Position numbers and translations under genes: made by a program. A model generated the notes under the pieces. That model was not told the origin of the DNA, made no database searches, and saw only the letters and a list, made by a program, of their open reading frames with translations. A stretch of DNA of 62,467 nucleotides, counting the filler. It is 6 parts of 6 records of this genome, joined end to end, with 100 filler letters (N's around TTAATTAATTAA, not from the genome) between each part and the next. Parts side by side here need not be neighbours in the genome. Positions count along the whole stretch, not along the records: positions 10,828 to 34,640 come from SRR31156797_5020; positions 34,741 to 41,887 come from SRR31156797_5022; 4 more parts are not named here. One strand, written 5' to 3'. This document shows, in pieces, positions 29,505 to 39,845 of the stretch; the first letter of the stretch is position 1, and each line of letters starts with the position of its first letter.

Positions 29505-30335
29505 ATGTTTAACAGTATTAGTATCAGCCCGGAGTTTATTAGCAACGCAAAGCAGATTGCTATTACGCTTATTTTGGGTTATGTTATCATCCAGGTTTTG
29601 GTGATAGTTGTTCGCAGGCTACTATTTAAGGAAACGAGCAAACAATCGAAAATGCTCATTACTAAAGGGATTGTTTACATCGGTGTTATTATCATCATTT
29701 TCACAATCATTAATATACTGGAACTCAGGAATGTATTTAATACTATGCTGGGGGCGGCCGGCATTATAGGTATTATTCTTGGTATTGCCTCACAAACCAG
29801 TATTGGAAATATTGTCAGCGGTTTGTTTCTGGTTTCTGAAAAACCTTTTGAGATTGGTGATTTAATCCGCGTTGGTGACAAATTAGGGAATGTCCAGTCA
29901 ATTGACCTGTTATCCATAAAGTTAACAACACTTGATAATTTGATGATTCGTATTCCTAATCAAACCATAATATCCACAGAGGTGATAAACATAACCAAGT
30001 TTCCAATCAGGCGAATGGATATTATTGTTGGGGTAGCCTATAAGGAGGAATTAAAAAAGGTGACTGCGGTTTTAAAATCCGTAGCTGCTGAAAACCCGTT
30101 GTGCCTTGATGAACCGGAACCACTTGTGATAGTTGACAATTTCAATACCAGCAGTATAGACTTTAAGTTTGGGGTTTGGTTCGAGAAATCCAATTTTGTG
30201 AAGGTCCGAAACTCAATTTTTCAGCAAATCACAGAAAAGTTTCGGTCTGAAGGAATTGAAATTCCCTTCCCACATGTTTCGCTTTATACCGGCGAAGCAA
30301 CCAAACCCTTTCCTCACAAAGTCAGCAACGAATAG
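29505..30335 (+). CDS. Small-conductance mechanosensitive channel (MscS family)
   Basis: GIASQ...N..SG.FL..EKPF.IGD.I, IPN, GIEIPFP. Confidence 0.93.
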   Translation: MFNSISISPEFISNAKQIAITLILGYVIIQVLVIVVRRLLFKETSKQSKMLITKGIVYIGVIIIIFTIINILELRNVFNTMLGAAGIIGIILGIASQTSIGNIVSGLFLVSEKPFEIGDLIRVGDKLGNVQSIDLLSIKLTTLDNLMIRIPNQTIISTEVINITKFPIRRMDIIVGVAYKEELKKVTAVLKSVAAENPLCLDEPEPLVIVDNFNTSSIDFKFGVWFEKSNFVKVRNSIFQQITEKFRSEGIEIPFPHVSLYTGEATKPFPHKVSNE

Positions 30336-30362
30336 TGCTGCATTTTGCTTTGGCCTTGCAGG

Positions 30363-31355
30363 TTACTCATCGTATTTGAGCAAAAATTTCGGGTTAACCA
30401 CTTTAAACGAGAAGCGTTCTCCATTTTCGAACTGCTCTTTGTGTGGGCGAATCACGATGCCCTCGCGCCAGCCTTTGGGGTTGATCATGGATTTGGCAAT
30501 CGATTTTTCCACAAGCTTATCGATGTCGTTTTCAAGGATATATTCTTCCTCCACCACTGGCACGGTTTTTAAATCCAGCGACTCAATGGTGGAAACGAAG
30601 TCTTTGAAATCCAAATATCGGTAAGCATCTATATCGAAGACATTGTAAAAATACACGGTTTGCCCACGCAGGTTGAGGGTGTTTTTTTGGATGTTTTCAC
30701 CCACAATTTCTCCTTGCAGGGCGATGTTCCGGTTTAGATTATGCAGCTTGTTTTCCAGATCGTTTTCGCGGGCAAACTTCCACTGGGAGTTTTTTTCGTT
30801 TTCGAGGATTTCCATGTTGCGGGTGCATACACCAAAATCACCATCATTATAATAGTATGTCACGCTGCTCCCATCAATTTTCTCAGTGATAAAGCACTTT
30901 TCGCCCACATACCTGTCGAGCATTTCCTGCACGATCTGCACACGTGGCTCGTCGGTTTTGGGGATAAAGGATGGGAACCGGCCTTTCATCACCCCTTCGA
31001 GGAATGCCGGGATGGGTTCTTCGTATTTGGTAACGCCGAGGATTTCGGTTACGTCCCTGCCTTCTTCGATGGTTGTGCCTTTTGGAAGCACGGTTAGCTG
31101 AAAGCATATTCCCTGTGAAACCCGGCCTCGTAGTTTGGCTGTTTTGATGCGCATTTTGCGCGGTTTCAGGAATTCGAATTCGGGCTTTTCGGGCATAATG
31201 CTGTCGATCTCGCAATACACGCAAAGGTCACCAACCTTGAATTCACCCTTTTTCACCACGAGTTCCCAGCCGAGTACCCGTGCCTTTTCGATGGAGTCGG
31301 CACCTTCGATGGGTTCCAGTTCCCAGATTTTTTGAATGGATGCTAACTTTCTCAT
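30363..31355 (-). CDS. ATP-dependent RNA ligase, DRB0094/Rnl5 family
   Basis: MRKLASIQ...IEGAD.IE, YCEIDS, LRG.VSQG, motif I TEKIDGSS, LQGE, REGIV, SFKV. Confidence 0.9.
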   Translation of the reverse strand: MRKLASIQKIWELEPIEGADSIEKARVLGWELVVKKGEFKVGDLCVYCEIDSIMPEKPEFEFLKPRKMRIKTAKLRGRVSQGICFQLTVLPKGTTIEEGRDVTEILGVTKYEEPIPAFLEGVMKGRFPSFIPKTDEPRVQIVQEMLDRYVGEKCFITEKIDGSSVTYYYNDGDFGVCTRNMEILENEKNSQWKFARENDLENKLHNLNRNIALQGEIVGENIQKNTLNLRGQTVYFYNVFDIDAYRYLDFKDFVSTIESLDLKTVPVVEEEYILENDIDKLVEKSIAKSMINPKGWREGIVIRPHKEQFENGERFSFKVVNPKFLLKYDE

Positions 31356-31555
31356 ATTTGCTTTTTTAAGGAATTTGTTCGTAACCAGAATAAACGTGGA
31401 TTTGGGGGAAATGTTGGGATTGGTTAGTGCAATTGATGTGCAAGATTAAATAAATCCAAATGAACAACTTTTCGGTTAATTTTAAATGGGAGCGTCCGGA
31501 GCTTAAAAAAAAGCGCGAAAAGGAATTACTTATAACGGATTTGATTTTAGCAGAA

Positions 31556-31771
31556 TCAGGCAAATAAAAGACGACCTTTTGGTTCAGGAGTAATTATGTT
31601 GTCTTCCTTTGCCGTTTCAACCCAAAGATTAATAGCAGCCTCTGCATTATCAATGGCTTCTTTTTTTGTTTTTCCATGAGCCATACACCCTGCTAACTCA
31701 GGAACATCCACAACAAAAATTTCATCCCGCTTATCCCAGTAAATAATCATTTCATATTGTGATTCGTTCAT
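31556..31771 (-). CDS. hicB: HicB-family antitoxin (short, apparently orphan)
   Basis: YEMIIYW...FVVDVPELAGCMAHG.T..EA....W...A...PEPKGRL. Start codon uncertain (31771 or 31789). Confidence 0.85.
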   Translation of the reverse strand: MNESQYEMIIYWDKRDEIFVVDVPELAGCMAHGKTKKEAIDNAEAAINLWVETAKEDNIITPEPKGRLLFA

Positions 31772-31804
31772 TATGATTCTGATCTTCAAAAATAAACGTT
31801 AACA

Positions 31805-33103
31805 CTACACTTCCCAAATCCCACCAACCTTGTTTTCCTGCTTTCTTTCTTCAAGCAGGTACTTCCAGGCAGGCAATACTCTAATTTCCCGACCATCTTC
31901 TTTTATGGTTTCCTCTTCGTCTTCGGTTATGATAAATCCTTCCATGAGTTTGTAAATCTTCATGGCTTCTATCAATCCTCGCAGTTCCCGCTGCCTCGTT
32001 TTCTGATCTTCCAAAGAAACCGACACCTGAACAGCTAAGATAATCCTGCCAGAATTTGCAACAACAAAATCGCACTCATAATTATCTTTGTGATAATATA
32101 TTTCTGCGGATGTTCTCCTGAGATGCAGAAACACCAGGTTTTCAAGTTTCCTGCCTCTGTTTTCGCTGAACTGAAATGACACAGCATTGGCAAGTCCGGT
32201 ATCAATCCCATAGATCTTTTTGGCATTTGCAAGTTGCTTTTTCAGCGAGTAATCAAATTTATTGACTGTAAAAAGCAGATAAGCGTTTTCCAGGTATGAG
32301 ATGTACTCCTTTATTGTAATCGCATTTGCAATGTTAAATATATTTTTCAGGGCATTAAAGCTGTGTTCTTTTGATATATTGCTAAAAAGGTAATGTGCCA
32401 GTTCCATGATCAACTTGGGATTCTTAATGTTATATCTGGCCACCACATCCCGGTAGATAATGTTTTCATACAGGAGTTTTAGATAATCCGTATTTCCGGT
32501 TTGAAGATATTCAGGAAAACCCCCGTTTTGCATATATGCTGAAAATGCTTTTTTTAATGTGGTGGTTTTGGATACTGAATAGAAGTCATGCTTTGAAATA
32601 GCTATATTTTTGTACTTTAAAAACTCACCGAAAGAAAACGGGAAAAGTTCCACTTCCAGGTATCTGCCTGTTAAATGAGTTCCCAGATCAGCACTTAACA
32701 ATTTGGCGTTTGAGCCGGTAATAAAAACTACATGACCTTCATTATGAAGCCTTCTGATAAACCTTTCCCATCCATCAATTATCTGTATTTCGTCGAAATA
32801 CCATGTTTTTTCCGGCTCGAAAAGTTCATAAAAAGATTCATAAAGCTTTTCAAAATCATCAGCACGGAAGGCTGTGAGGCGGTTATCATCAAAATTTAAT
32901 ATGTAAGATTGATCTTGATTTTTCATTCTGATATGATTCATCAGTGTTGATTTTCCACACCTTCTGATTCCTCGCACAATTCTTACAGAATTTCCAGCTT
33001 TGAGGAATTTGTCCAGATAATGATCCTCACGATTGATATACAGGATATTATCTTCCACCTCACTTTGAGCAATGATTATTTTTTTTAATTCAGCTTTATC
33101 CAT
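31805..33103 (-). CDS. AAA_14 ATPase with DUF4143 / C-terminal PD-(D/E)XK-like domain
   Basis: GIRRCGKST, FDEIQ, ITGSN, GGFPE, KKIY.ID.GL, LEN.V, ECDF...AVQV. Confidence 0.9.
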   Translation of the reverse strand: MDKAELKKIIIAQSEVEDNILYINREDHYLDKFLKAGNSVRIVRGIRRCGKSTLMNHIRMKNQDQSYILNFDDNRLTAFRADDFEKLYESFYELFEPEKTWYFDEIQIIDGWERFIRRLHNEGHVVFITGSNAKLLSADLGTHLTGRYLEVELFPFSFGEFLKYKNIAISKHDFYSVSKTTTLKKAFSAYMQNGGFPEYLQTGNTDYLKLLYENIIYRDVVARYNIKNPKLIMELAHYLFSNISKEHSFNALKNIFNIANAITIKEYISYLENAYLLFTVNKFDYSLKKQLANAKKIYGIDTGLANAVSFQFSENRGRKLENLVFLHLRRTSAEIYYHKDNYECDFVVANSGRIILAVQVSVSLEDQKTRQRELRGLIEAMKIYKLMEGFIITEDEEETIKEDGREIRVLPAWKYLLEERKQENKVGGIWEV

Positions 33104-33107
33104 ATTA

Positions 33108-33194
33108 TTACTAATCGTTAATTAGCAAAAATACACATAATTACTAATCAATAGTTAGTGATGATCAAATTATTTACTAACTGCTGATTAGTAA
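33108..33194. promoter_or_regulatory. Three 21-bp palindromic operator-like repeats at a 33-bp period, overlapping the ATPase promoter
   Basis: TTACTAATCGTTAATTAGCAA (33108), TTACTAATCAATAGTTAGTGA (33141), TTACTAACTGCTGATTAGTAA (33174). -7 box TATTTTTG on - at 33133-33126. Confidence 0.75.
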
Positions 33195-33288
33195 GATTAA
33201 AAAAGCAGCGGGTCGCACGAAATTATTTTGGGTTACGCGAACAAATAGCTTGTTGATTTATAGTGCGTTAAATTGTTTGCCTTGAAAA

Positions 33289-34640
33289 TCATTTGACTTC
33301 CCCCAATTCCAACCACCTGATGCCTTTCTCAAACTGCTCCGGGGAAAGCGCTGATTTTATGGAAACCGTTACTTCTTCCCCCGGAAGCACATCAAAGTAA
33401 TTATCTGAAAAACGGGCTTCAACTTCTTCATTGATCAGCATCAGGTTTTTCACCAGCTTGTCGGATTTGATGGAAATGAGGATTTCACCTTTTTCTTTTG
33501 TGATTATGAAATCCGGGTCAGTTTCAGGGAGCTTCAAATCCTTGGGTTCAACGAAATAAAACAAGGCATGGTCAATTTTCTTTCCTTCCTGTTCCAGATC
33601 AGCTACCAGGACAACATTGTTTTTGACGGACCTTTTCAGGATGTCTTTTTCAGGAATTTCAAAAACCAGCTGTGAATTATTGGCTGGGATTTCAACGTTC
33701 ATCTCTTTATCCCAAAGCACATTTCCATCAAAATCCATCAGCTTCATTTTAAGCAATCCGTTTGATTTTCCGGCCAGATCGGATACAATCCTGAATGCAA
33801 TGTTTTCATCCTTCCGGGAGATGAAAACAACCGTGTTTTTGTAGGCTTCCTTCACGGCATAGTGCAGTGCTTTCCACTTGCCGTAGTAGTCGATGGACGA
33901 CCAGGAAGCCACCGGCCACACGTCGTTGAGCTGCCAGTAGAGCGAGCCCATGCAATAGGGCATGTCAGTTCTGTGTGCTTCGATAGCTGACCGGATACCT
34001 TTGGCTTGTAAGAGCTGCCCAACATAAAGCAGTTGCTCAAAATCCTTGGGAACGATATAATGATCTTCCATGTACTGGCGGATGCGCAGATTGCCAATGC
34101 CTGAGCGCTGGTGTGCGGCCATCACCTCAGATTCGATGTCCCAATCTTCGGGGAGGGTGTATTTTTTAACCGTGGCGAACTCGGGAAAAGACTGGAAGCC
34201 GTACTCGCTCATAAATCGTGATTTATAAACTTTGAAATCACTGAAGGGATGCTGCCCATGCCACACGCCCCAGTAGTGCATGTCGCCCGAAGGTGTGTCG
34301 TAGCCGGCAAGTTTGCCCATGCCCGCCGAGGGTGAGGAGTGCCAGTAGGTTTTATCCGGATCATAATTTTCAACTATGGTTGGAAAAATTTTATGGAATA
34401 GTGTGTCGTAAGCCTGCCAGATTTCTTCACGTTCTTCTTCGGTGTGTCGCTGTTTCCAGCCCCATCCGCGATCTTTTTCATACTGTCCCCAGGCTGCTTC
34501 AATTTCATTGTTGCCACACCACAAAGCAATGCAGGGGTGGTTTCTCAACCGGATCACATTGTCGATGGCTTCCTGCCTGACATTTTCCAGGAAGGCGTCA
34601 TCACCGGGATACATGGCGCAGGCAAACATAAAATCCTGCC
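33289..34640 (-). CDS. GH2 beta-mannosidase, 5'-truncated
   Basis: RLRNHPCIALWCGNNE, GDMHYWGVWH, RFMSEYGFQS, GSLYWQLND.WP. Confidence 0.93.
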
Positions 34641-34740
34641 NNNNNNNNNNNNNNNNNNNNNNNNNNNNNNNNNNNNNNNNNNNNTTAATTAATTAANNNN
34701 NNNNNNNNNNNNNNNNNNNNNNNNNNNNNNNNNNNNNNNN
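34641..34740. other. Artificial contig spacer
   Basis: N-run/TTAATTAATTAA/N-run. Confidence 0.98.
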
Positions 34741-34772
34741 AAATAATGTGCTTTAGATTTAGACAATCATGA

Positions 34773-34816
34773 TATAATAAAAAAAGAATCGCTTGCACGA
34801 TTCTTTTTTTATTATA
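34773..34816. terminator. Bidirectional terminator-like hairpin
   Basis: TATAATAAAAAAAGAATCG-cttgca-CGATTCTTTTTTTATTATA, just past the stop of the binding-protein gene. Confidence 0.7.
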
Positions 34817-34822
34817 ATCATT

Positions 34823-35551
34823 TTATTCTCTTGGTTTTAGTCCTCTATACTCAATTTCGTACTCTTCGTAAATCTCTTCTATCTTACCGTTTGCAATTAG
34901 TTTCTCCATATTTGCATCAAATATATCAGCTAATTTTTGTCCTCTTTCAGTTGGAGCAAAGATAACGTAAAGATCATTTTCGAAAAGAGTATCTACAGCA
35001 ACTTTTGATTTAATAGCAGGATTTTCTTCAAGATAATAATTAACATCCATTAAATCATCAAGATGAAAATCAGCTCTATTAGCAATAATGTTTTTTAAAC
35101 CTATTTCTGTGTCTTGTACTTCAGAGAAATTAACATTAAAATCAAATTCACTATCATATTCATAACCTAATGGCCAAACTAATTTCTTAGTTTCTAATAA
35201 ATTATCATTAACTTCGCCATATTTTCCTTTTTTTGAAACTGCTACTGTAACTTCAAATAGAACCGGATATTTTGGAATAATGTACTCACTATCTTCAGAA
35301 AAGTACTCTCCAACCATCATATCATTTCGTCCCTCTTTAACGAAAATTTGTGATTTTTTCCATGAAGCGATAGTATGCTTCATATCCATTCCTTCCATTC
35401 TGAATACTTCTCTTAAGATGTCAAAGTATAATCCACTTCCATCTTTATTTGTCTGATCTTCCCATTCCGGCGTAATCACACTTACCATTTCAGCAGAAAA
35501 AGAAAATAACTCGATTGCTAAAAATGATAATACTATTAATGCTTTTTTCAT
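34823..35551 (-). CDS. Extracellular solute-binding protein (family 3-like)
   Basis: Signal peptide, W...T.KDG.GLYFDI...F, PLGY.Y, RADF and G..E.IY patterns. Confidence 0.8.
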   Translation of the reverse strand: MKKALIVLSFLAIELFSFSAEMVSVITPEWEDQTNKDGSGLYFDILREVFRMEGMDMKHTIASWKKSQIFVKEGRNDMMVGEYFSEDSEYIIPKYPVLFEVTVAVSKKGKYGEVNDNLLETKKLVWPLGYEYDSEFDFNVNFSEVQDTEIGLKNIIANRADFHLDDLMDVNYYLEENPAIKSKVAVDTLFENDLYVIFAPTERGQKLADIFDANMEKLIANGKIEEIYEEYEIEYRGLKPRE

Positions 35552-35821
35552 AAGCTCACCCTCCTATGTTTTAGTGTCGTTATATTATATTATATTAGAG
35601 TAATATATGAGTAATTTGTATTAAGTTTGTATATACATGTTTAAATTGATTAATTTTTTTAATTAAATTTTTTGCGAGAATTAAAATCTTTAATTAAAAT
35701 CAAGTTACTTCTGATATAGTGAGAGTTGATTGTTGAAAATGTCAAAATAAAAGAGTTCTAATTGTGTTTTAAAAACGATATATTGTAAAAAAACTAAACA
35801 ACAAAAAAAGCAAAATTTCAA

Positions 35822-36352
35822 TTAAGAAATTTTGCTTGCTAAATATACACGCATTAACAAATCACCAGGTTTAACTTTTCCGGTTACTTTTTCAATTTTT
35901 GCGACTTTTTCCATATTTGCAATAACTACAGCAGTTTTTTCTGATTTAGAATTTGTTTTAATATAATCCAAATCATATCTAATTATCTCATCTTTCGATT
36001 TAACGGCACCGTCATTTCTAAGTTTTTGAAATCCCGATCCACGAAGTTTAACTGTACCAACCCCAATGTGAACCAATACTTCCAGATTTTGATAATCAAA
36101 TGTAACTGCATGACCTGTATCGTAGATATTCATTGTAGCTGTTGTAACAGGACTATACATTATGTTACTATCATTTGCAGGTATGATACCTACTCCGTCA
36201 CCAACTAAACCTGATGCAAAAGCTTCATCCGGGATTTGCGATAAATCAATTATTTCCCCATCTATTGGTGATAAAATATCAACAAAATTAGAACCATCTG
36301 ATTTATTAGTGTTATTGCTTTGTTTTTTGAAAAAATCAAATATTTTTAGCAT
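35822..36352 (-). CDS. crr: PTS glucose-family EIIA component
   Basis: IPDEAFA...GDG.GI, TGHA, EVLVHIG..TV.L.G.GF. Confidence 0.85.
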   Translation of the reverse strand: MLKIFDFFKKQSNNTNKSDGSNFVDILSPIDGEIIDLSQIPDEAFASGLVGDGVGIIPANDSNIMYSPVTTATMNIYDTGHAVTFDYQNLEVLVHIGVGTVKLRGSGFQKLRNDGAVKSKDEIIRYDLDYIKTNSKSEKTAVVIANMEKVAKIEKVTGKVKPGDLLMRVYLASKIS

Positions 36353-36448
36353 TTTCTCCTCCTAACTCCAGCTTACCTCCATAATAAGCCACATTGGCCG
36401 ATCGATGAGTATTTATAAAGTAAACACTTTTCGATTTGCCATATCTAT

Positions 36449-36805
36449 TTATAAAAGTTTTTCAAACTCCTCCATATATGTATTAGTACTAAATGGTTTT
36501 TCCACAAACGCTTCAATTCCTATACTTTTTCCTTGATCTTTAATTTTGTCATAATAAACCATGGAACTACATAATAGTATTCTAACATCTTTATTTTCGG
36601 ATTTCATTATTTTAGCAGCTTCCAGTCCATTCATCCTTGGCATGTTTACATCTATACTTACAGCATCAGGCTTTAACTCTCTAAAAAGCTCAATAGCTTC
36701 TAGACCATCTTCAGCTTCAGCAACTACAGTATGTCCATATCTTTCCAAAATATCTGTAATCTCTTCTCTGACGAAAAATAGATCATCTACAACTAATACT
36801 CTCAT
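36449..36805 (-). CDS. Single-domain response regulator (CheY-like)
   Basis: VLVVDD, IDVNMP.MNG, KPF. AAGGAGG RBS before ATG 36805. Confidence 0.9.
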   Translation of the reverse strand: MRVLVVDDLFFVREEITDILERYGHTVVAEAEDGLEAIELFRELKPDAVSIDVNMPRMNGLEAAKIMKSENKDVRILLCSSMVYYDKIKDQGKSIGIEAFVEKPFSTNTYMEEFEKLL

Positions 36806-36826
36806 ATCGGCCTCCTTATGCAAATT

Positions 36827-38425
36827 CTATACATAGTGATAAACCATTATGTCATTTATATCTAAGCATTTATAAGGACTAACCCCTCTATCCAGCATAT
36901 CGATCCAGATTCTTAGGATACATTCCTGTTCAGCGCATTCCAGTTTATTATAAATGGTTCTGGAATATTTTATATGTTTAATAGCTGATGTTTTTAGTGT
37001 TTTCATTAGACTTTCTCTGATAAACTCTATTTCATTACTGCTAAGTCGTCTTTGCCTCGAATGATAAAGAACCAATAATTCGTTATCAATATATTTTTCC
37101 AGATGTATCAACTTTCTCAGAGCGCTGGCTACATATGATTCGTTTATTTCAGAACTGAAATTTCCTCTTGGGTAATGTCCTGTTGAATTTTTACCTGCGC
37201 GAGTAACCAGAAATGGGGTGAAGACATCAAGCATATGATATTTTTCTATTATTACAGATAACCTGTTTAGTTGCTTAAAAAAATCCGTTTTAACTGCATT
37301 CTCTCTTATTTTTAAGTTCTTGTCAACCTCTAATGTAATTCCTACATGGGAGGAGAAAGAGGCAGTGAAGTCCTTGGAGTGTACATAGTTTAAAACCTTT
37401 GTATATTTTTTGTTTGAATAAAAATTATTTAGAACACGTTCAGCTTCTTTTAGGTAAGGAAAAAGTCTTGTTTTTTCGAAGAAAAAATTTATTAAATCAT
37501 CAATTTCTTTATCACTAAATTTTGAATCGTAGTAAGTAACTTTGATAGATTTATGTAAAAATTTACGTTCGATACTGCTAAGATTATATTTGAAATTTTG
37601 AACAAATTGCGGCAATTTTTTTAATTCACTTGAATTTTTAATATATGGGCACCTTGTAAGAATATATGGGATTATCACCTTACTGATCATACTATATTCT
37701 TTTTCAAATGCTGCTGCATGTGGAAATTCCTCAAAGAAGTCATCATCATATTTTAAGAAATACTGTACTTCCACAAAACCACGCTCTAAAACTCCTATTC
37801 CATTAATAGTAAATGTATCAGGGGTATATGCCTTGTCCTCAAGGACAGTTTCAGCCATAACAGCAACATATTGTGCGATCCCTCCACCAAGAGAGTGACC
37901 GGCAAGATTAATTAATTTATAGTCATATTTCTCAATTATTGACTCATAAAATTTTAATCCCTGATCAAATTGTTTTGGTTTTTTAGCGATTCCTATCAAC
38001 ATATCTGTCTCTATAAAATCCTTAAAAGCCTCGTTTATTGGGAAAAGTTCACTTCCTCTATAAGCGCAAACTATTTTTTGAAGTTCATCTTTTTTATTAT
38101 ATTTCCCAAATGCAATAGCAAAAAATCCAGTAGGTTTACTTTCGTCAGGATTATTATTAGTGCTGTCCATAATCTCCAATATTTTCCAGTCCTTAAATAA
38201 AAAAGCGTATTCATGCTCGATAATATTCCAGTTGTTAAAATAGTCCATTTTTTTAAAGAGCGTATTTGTAATTAAAATACGCTCTTTGTTATCCTGGAGA
38301 TTTGGACTTTCATCGATTAATAATTCGGTTAGGGATTTTCCAATGTCATTTTTAGAAAAATAACAGTATGAAAGAGCACAGAGCATGATATACTCGCTGT
38401 GTAAAACTTTCTGCATTCCTTTCAC
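36827..38425 (-). CDS. Lipase-like alpha/beta hydrolase (DUF2974/Mbeg1-like)
   Basis: TGFFAIAF, AYRGSE, GHSLGGGIAQ nucleophile elbow. Confidence 0.75.
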   Translation of the reverse strand: MKGMQKVLHSEYIMLCALSYCYFSKNDIGKSLTELLIDESPNLQDNKERILITNTLFKKMDYFNNWNIIEHEYAFLFKDWKILEIMDSTNNNPDESKPTGFFAIAFGKYNKKDELQKIVCAYRGSELFPINEAFKDFIETDMLIGIAKKPKQFDQGLKFYESIIEKYDYKLINLAGHSLGGGIAQYVAVMAETVLEDKAYTPDTFTINGIGVLERGFVEVQYFLKYDDDFFEEFPHAAAFEKEYSMISKVIIPYILTRCPYIKNSSELKKLPQFVQNFKYNLSSIERKFLHKSIKVTYYDSKFSDKEIDDLINFFFEKTRLFPYLKEAERVLNNFYSNKKYTKVLNYVHSKDFTASFSSHVGITLEVDKNLKIRENAVKTDFFKQLNRLSVIIEKYHMLDVFTPFLVTRAGKNSTGHYPRGNFSSEINESYVASALRKLIHLEKYIDNELLVLYHSRQRRLSSNEIEFIRESLMKTLKTSAIKHIKYSRTIYNKLECAEQECILRIWIDMLDRGVSPYKCLDINDIMVYHYV

Positions 38426-38460
38426 TCTCCTATTTATTTACTTACTATATTATTATAAAA

Positions 38461-39813
38461 TTAACTTCCGGCAACATTAAGTTTTTTGATTAATAGTGAC
38501 GGTGAACCAATATTAGAAGATCCGGGAAGTGAGAATTTTAAGTCATTTCCAATCTCTTCAATAGAATTTAATAATTCAAAAAAGTTTCCTGCAACTGTAA
38601 TTTGATTTACAGGTTTTTCTATTTTTCCATCTTTAAAATAGTAACCTTCAGCTGATAAAGAGAAATCACCTGAAATTGAGTTGAATCCTGAGTGAAGACC
38701 AGCTAAATCAGTTACAATGATACCTTCGTTTGCTATTTTCATAATATCATCAAATGATTTATCCTGAGCTTCTATATAGAAGTTACTAGGAGCGATTCCT
38801 ATAGATGATTTATACGAGCCTTTCGTTCCATTTCCTGTTGCTTCGACACCATCTTTTTTGGCAGTCTTAAGATTATGAAGATATGTTTTCAAAACACCGT
38901 TTTCGATTACTTTTTTACTAGATGTTGCAACTCCTTCATCATCAAAACTTTTATTTGAAAAACCATTTTCAAGAAAAGGATTATCTATAATAGTTAATTC
39001 ATTAACTGCAACTTTTTCATTAAGTTTGTTTTTTAGTTTTGACAGGCCTTTTTGTACAGCTTCAGCGGAGAAGATACCTGATACAACACCTAAAATATCA
39101 GTCATTGCTTCATTTTCAAATATTACTTTATACTCTCCTGTTGGAACAGGTTTTGCCCCCAACTTACTTGTTGCTTTTTCCACAGCTTCTTTTGCAATTT
39201 TTTTATAATCAAGAGTAGCGTAGTCTCTTGTAACGGCATATGAATGACCTGTTTTTATATCATCGTTCTCTGTTACAACGACTGAAACATATGCATATAT
39301 TATATTTCCTCTGCTTTCAAGCTCAAGTCCTTTAGAGTTTCTGATTAACTTTTTCCCGCTTGAATTTCCTAGAAGACAGTAATTTATACTTTGTACTCTT
39401 TTATCTAAATTTTTAGCATATTCTTCAAGATTTTTAGTGAATTCGATTTTACTGTCTGTAGTAATATCCTCTAATTCTTCGTTGAAGTTATTTACTTCTC
39501 TATATTCACTTGAACCCTCAAAGATAGGAATTTCATCTTCGTTTTCAATAAGTTCAGCATTTTCTATTAACTCCTTGATTAGCATATTAAGAGCGTCCTC
39601 GTCGAAGACTTCTGTATATGAATATCCCATTTTTCCCTTATATATTCCTCTAAATGATAAGCCATGAGTTTTGGCATTTTTATAATCATCAACTTCTTTA
39701 TTATATACTTTAACAGAGAAACTTGTACCTTCTGTAAAATATATTTCATACTCATCTATATTTTTTTCTTCAGCTTTTTTAAATAGTTCATCTATAAAAT
39801 TATTTAGTTTCAA
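38461..39813 (-). CDS. pmbA: TldE/PmbA-family protein
   Basis: FDDEG, GDFSL...G, ITVAGNF, SPS motifs; lacks the HE..GH motif; follows tldD. Confidence 0.9.
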   Translation of the reverse strand: MKLNNFIDELFKKAEEKNIDEYEIYFTEGTSFSVKVYNKEVDDYKNAKTHGLSFRGIYKGKMGYSYTEVFDEDALNMLIKELIENAELIENEDEIPIFEGSSEYREVNNFNEELEDITTDSKIEFTKNLEEYAKNLDKRVQSINYCLLGNSSGKKLIRNSKGLELESRGNIIYAYVSVVVTENDDIKTGHSYAVTRDYATLDYKKIAKEAVEKATSKLGAKPVPTGEYKVIFENEAMTDILGVVSGIFSAEAVQKGLSKLKNKLNEKVAVNELTIIDNPFLENGFSNKSFDDEGVATSSKKVIENGVLKTYLHNLKTAKKDGVEATGNGTKGSYKSSIGIAPSNFYIEAQDKSFDDIMKIANEGIIVTDLAGLHSGFNSISGDFSLSAEGYYFKDGKIEKPVNQITVAGNFFELLNSIEEIGNDLKFSLPGSSNIGSPSLLIKKLNVAGS

Positions 39814-39845
39814 TTATGTCACCTCTTTACGCAATTTTTTATTTA

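Noticed and set aside
33108-33194. Mini-CRISPR interpretation of the 33-bp periodic repeats
   Set aside because: Spacers are only 12 bp, repeat centres vary and there are no cas genes. It fits operators better.
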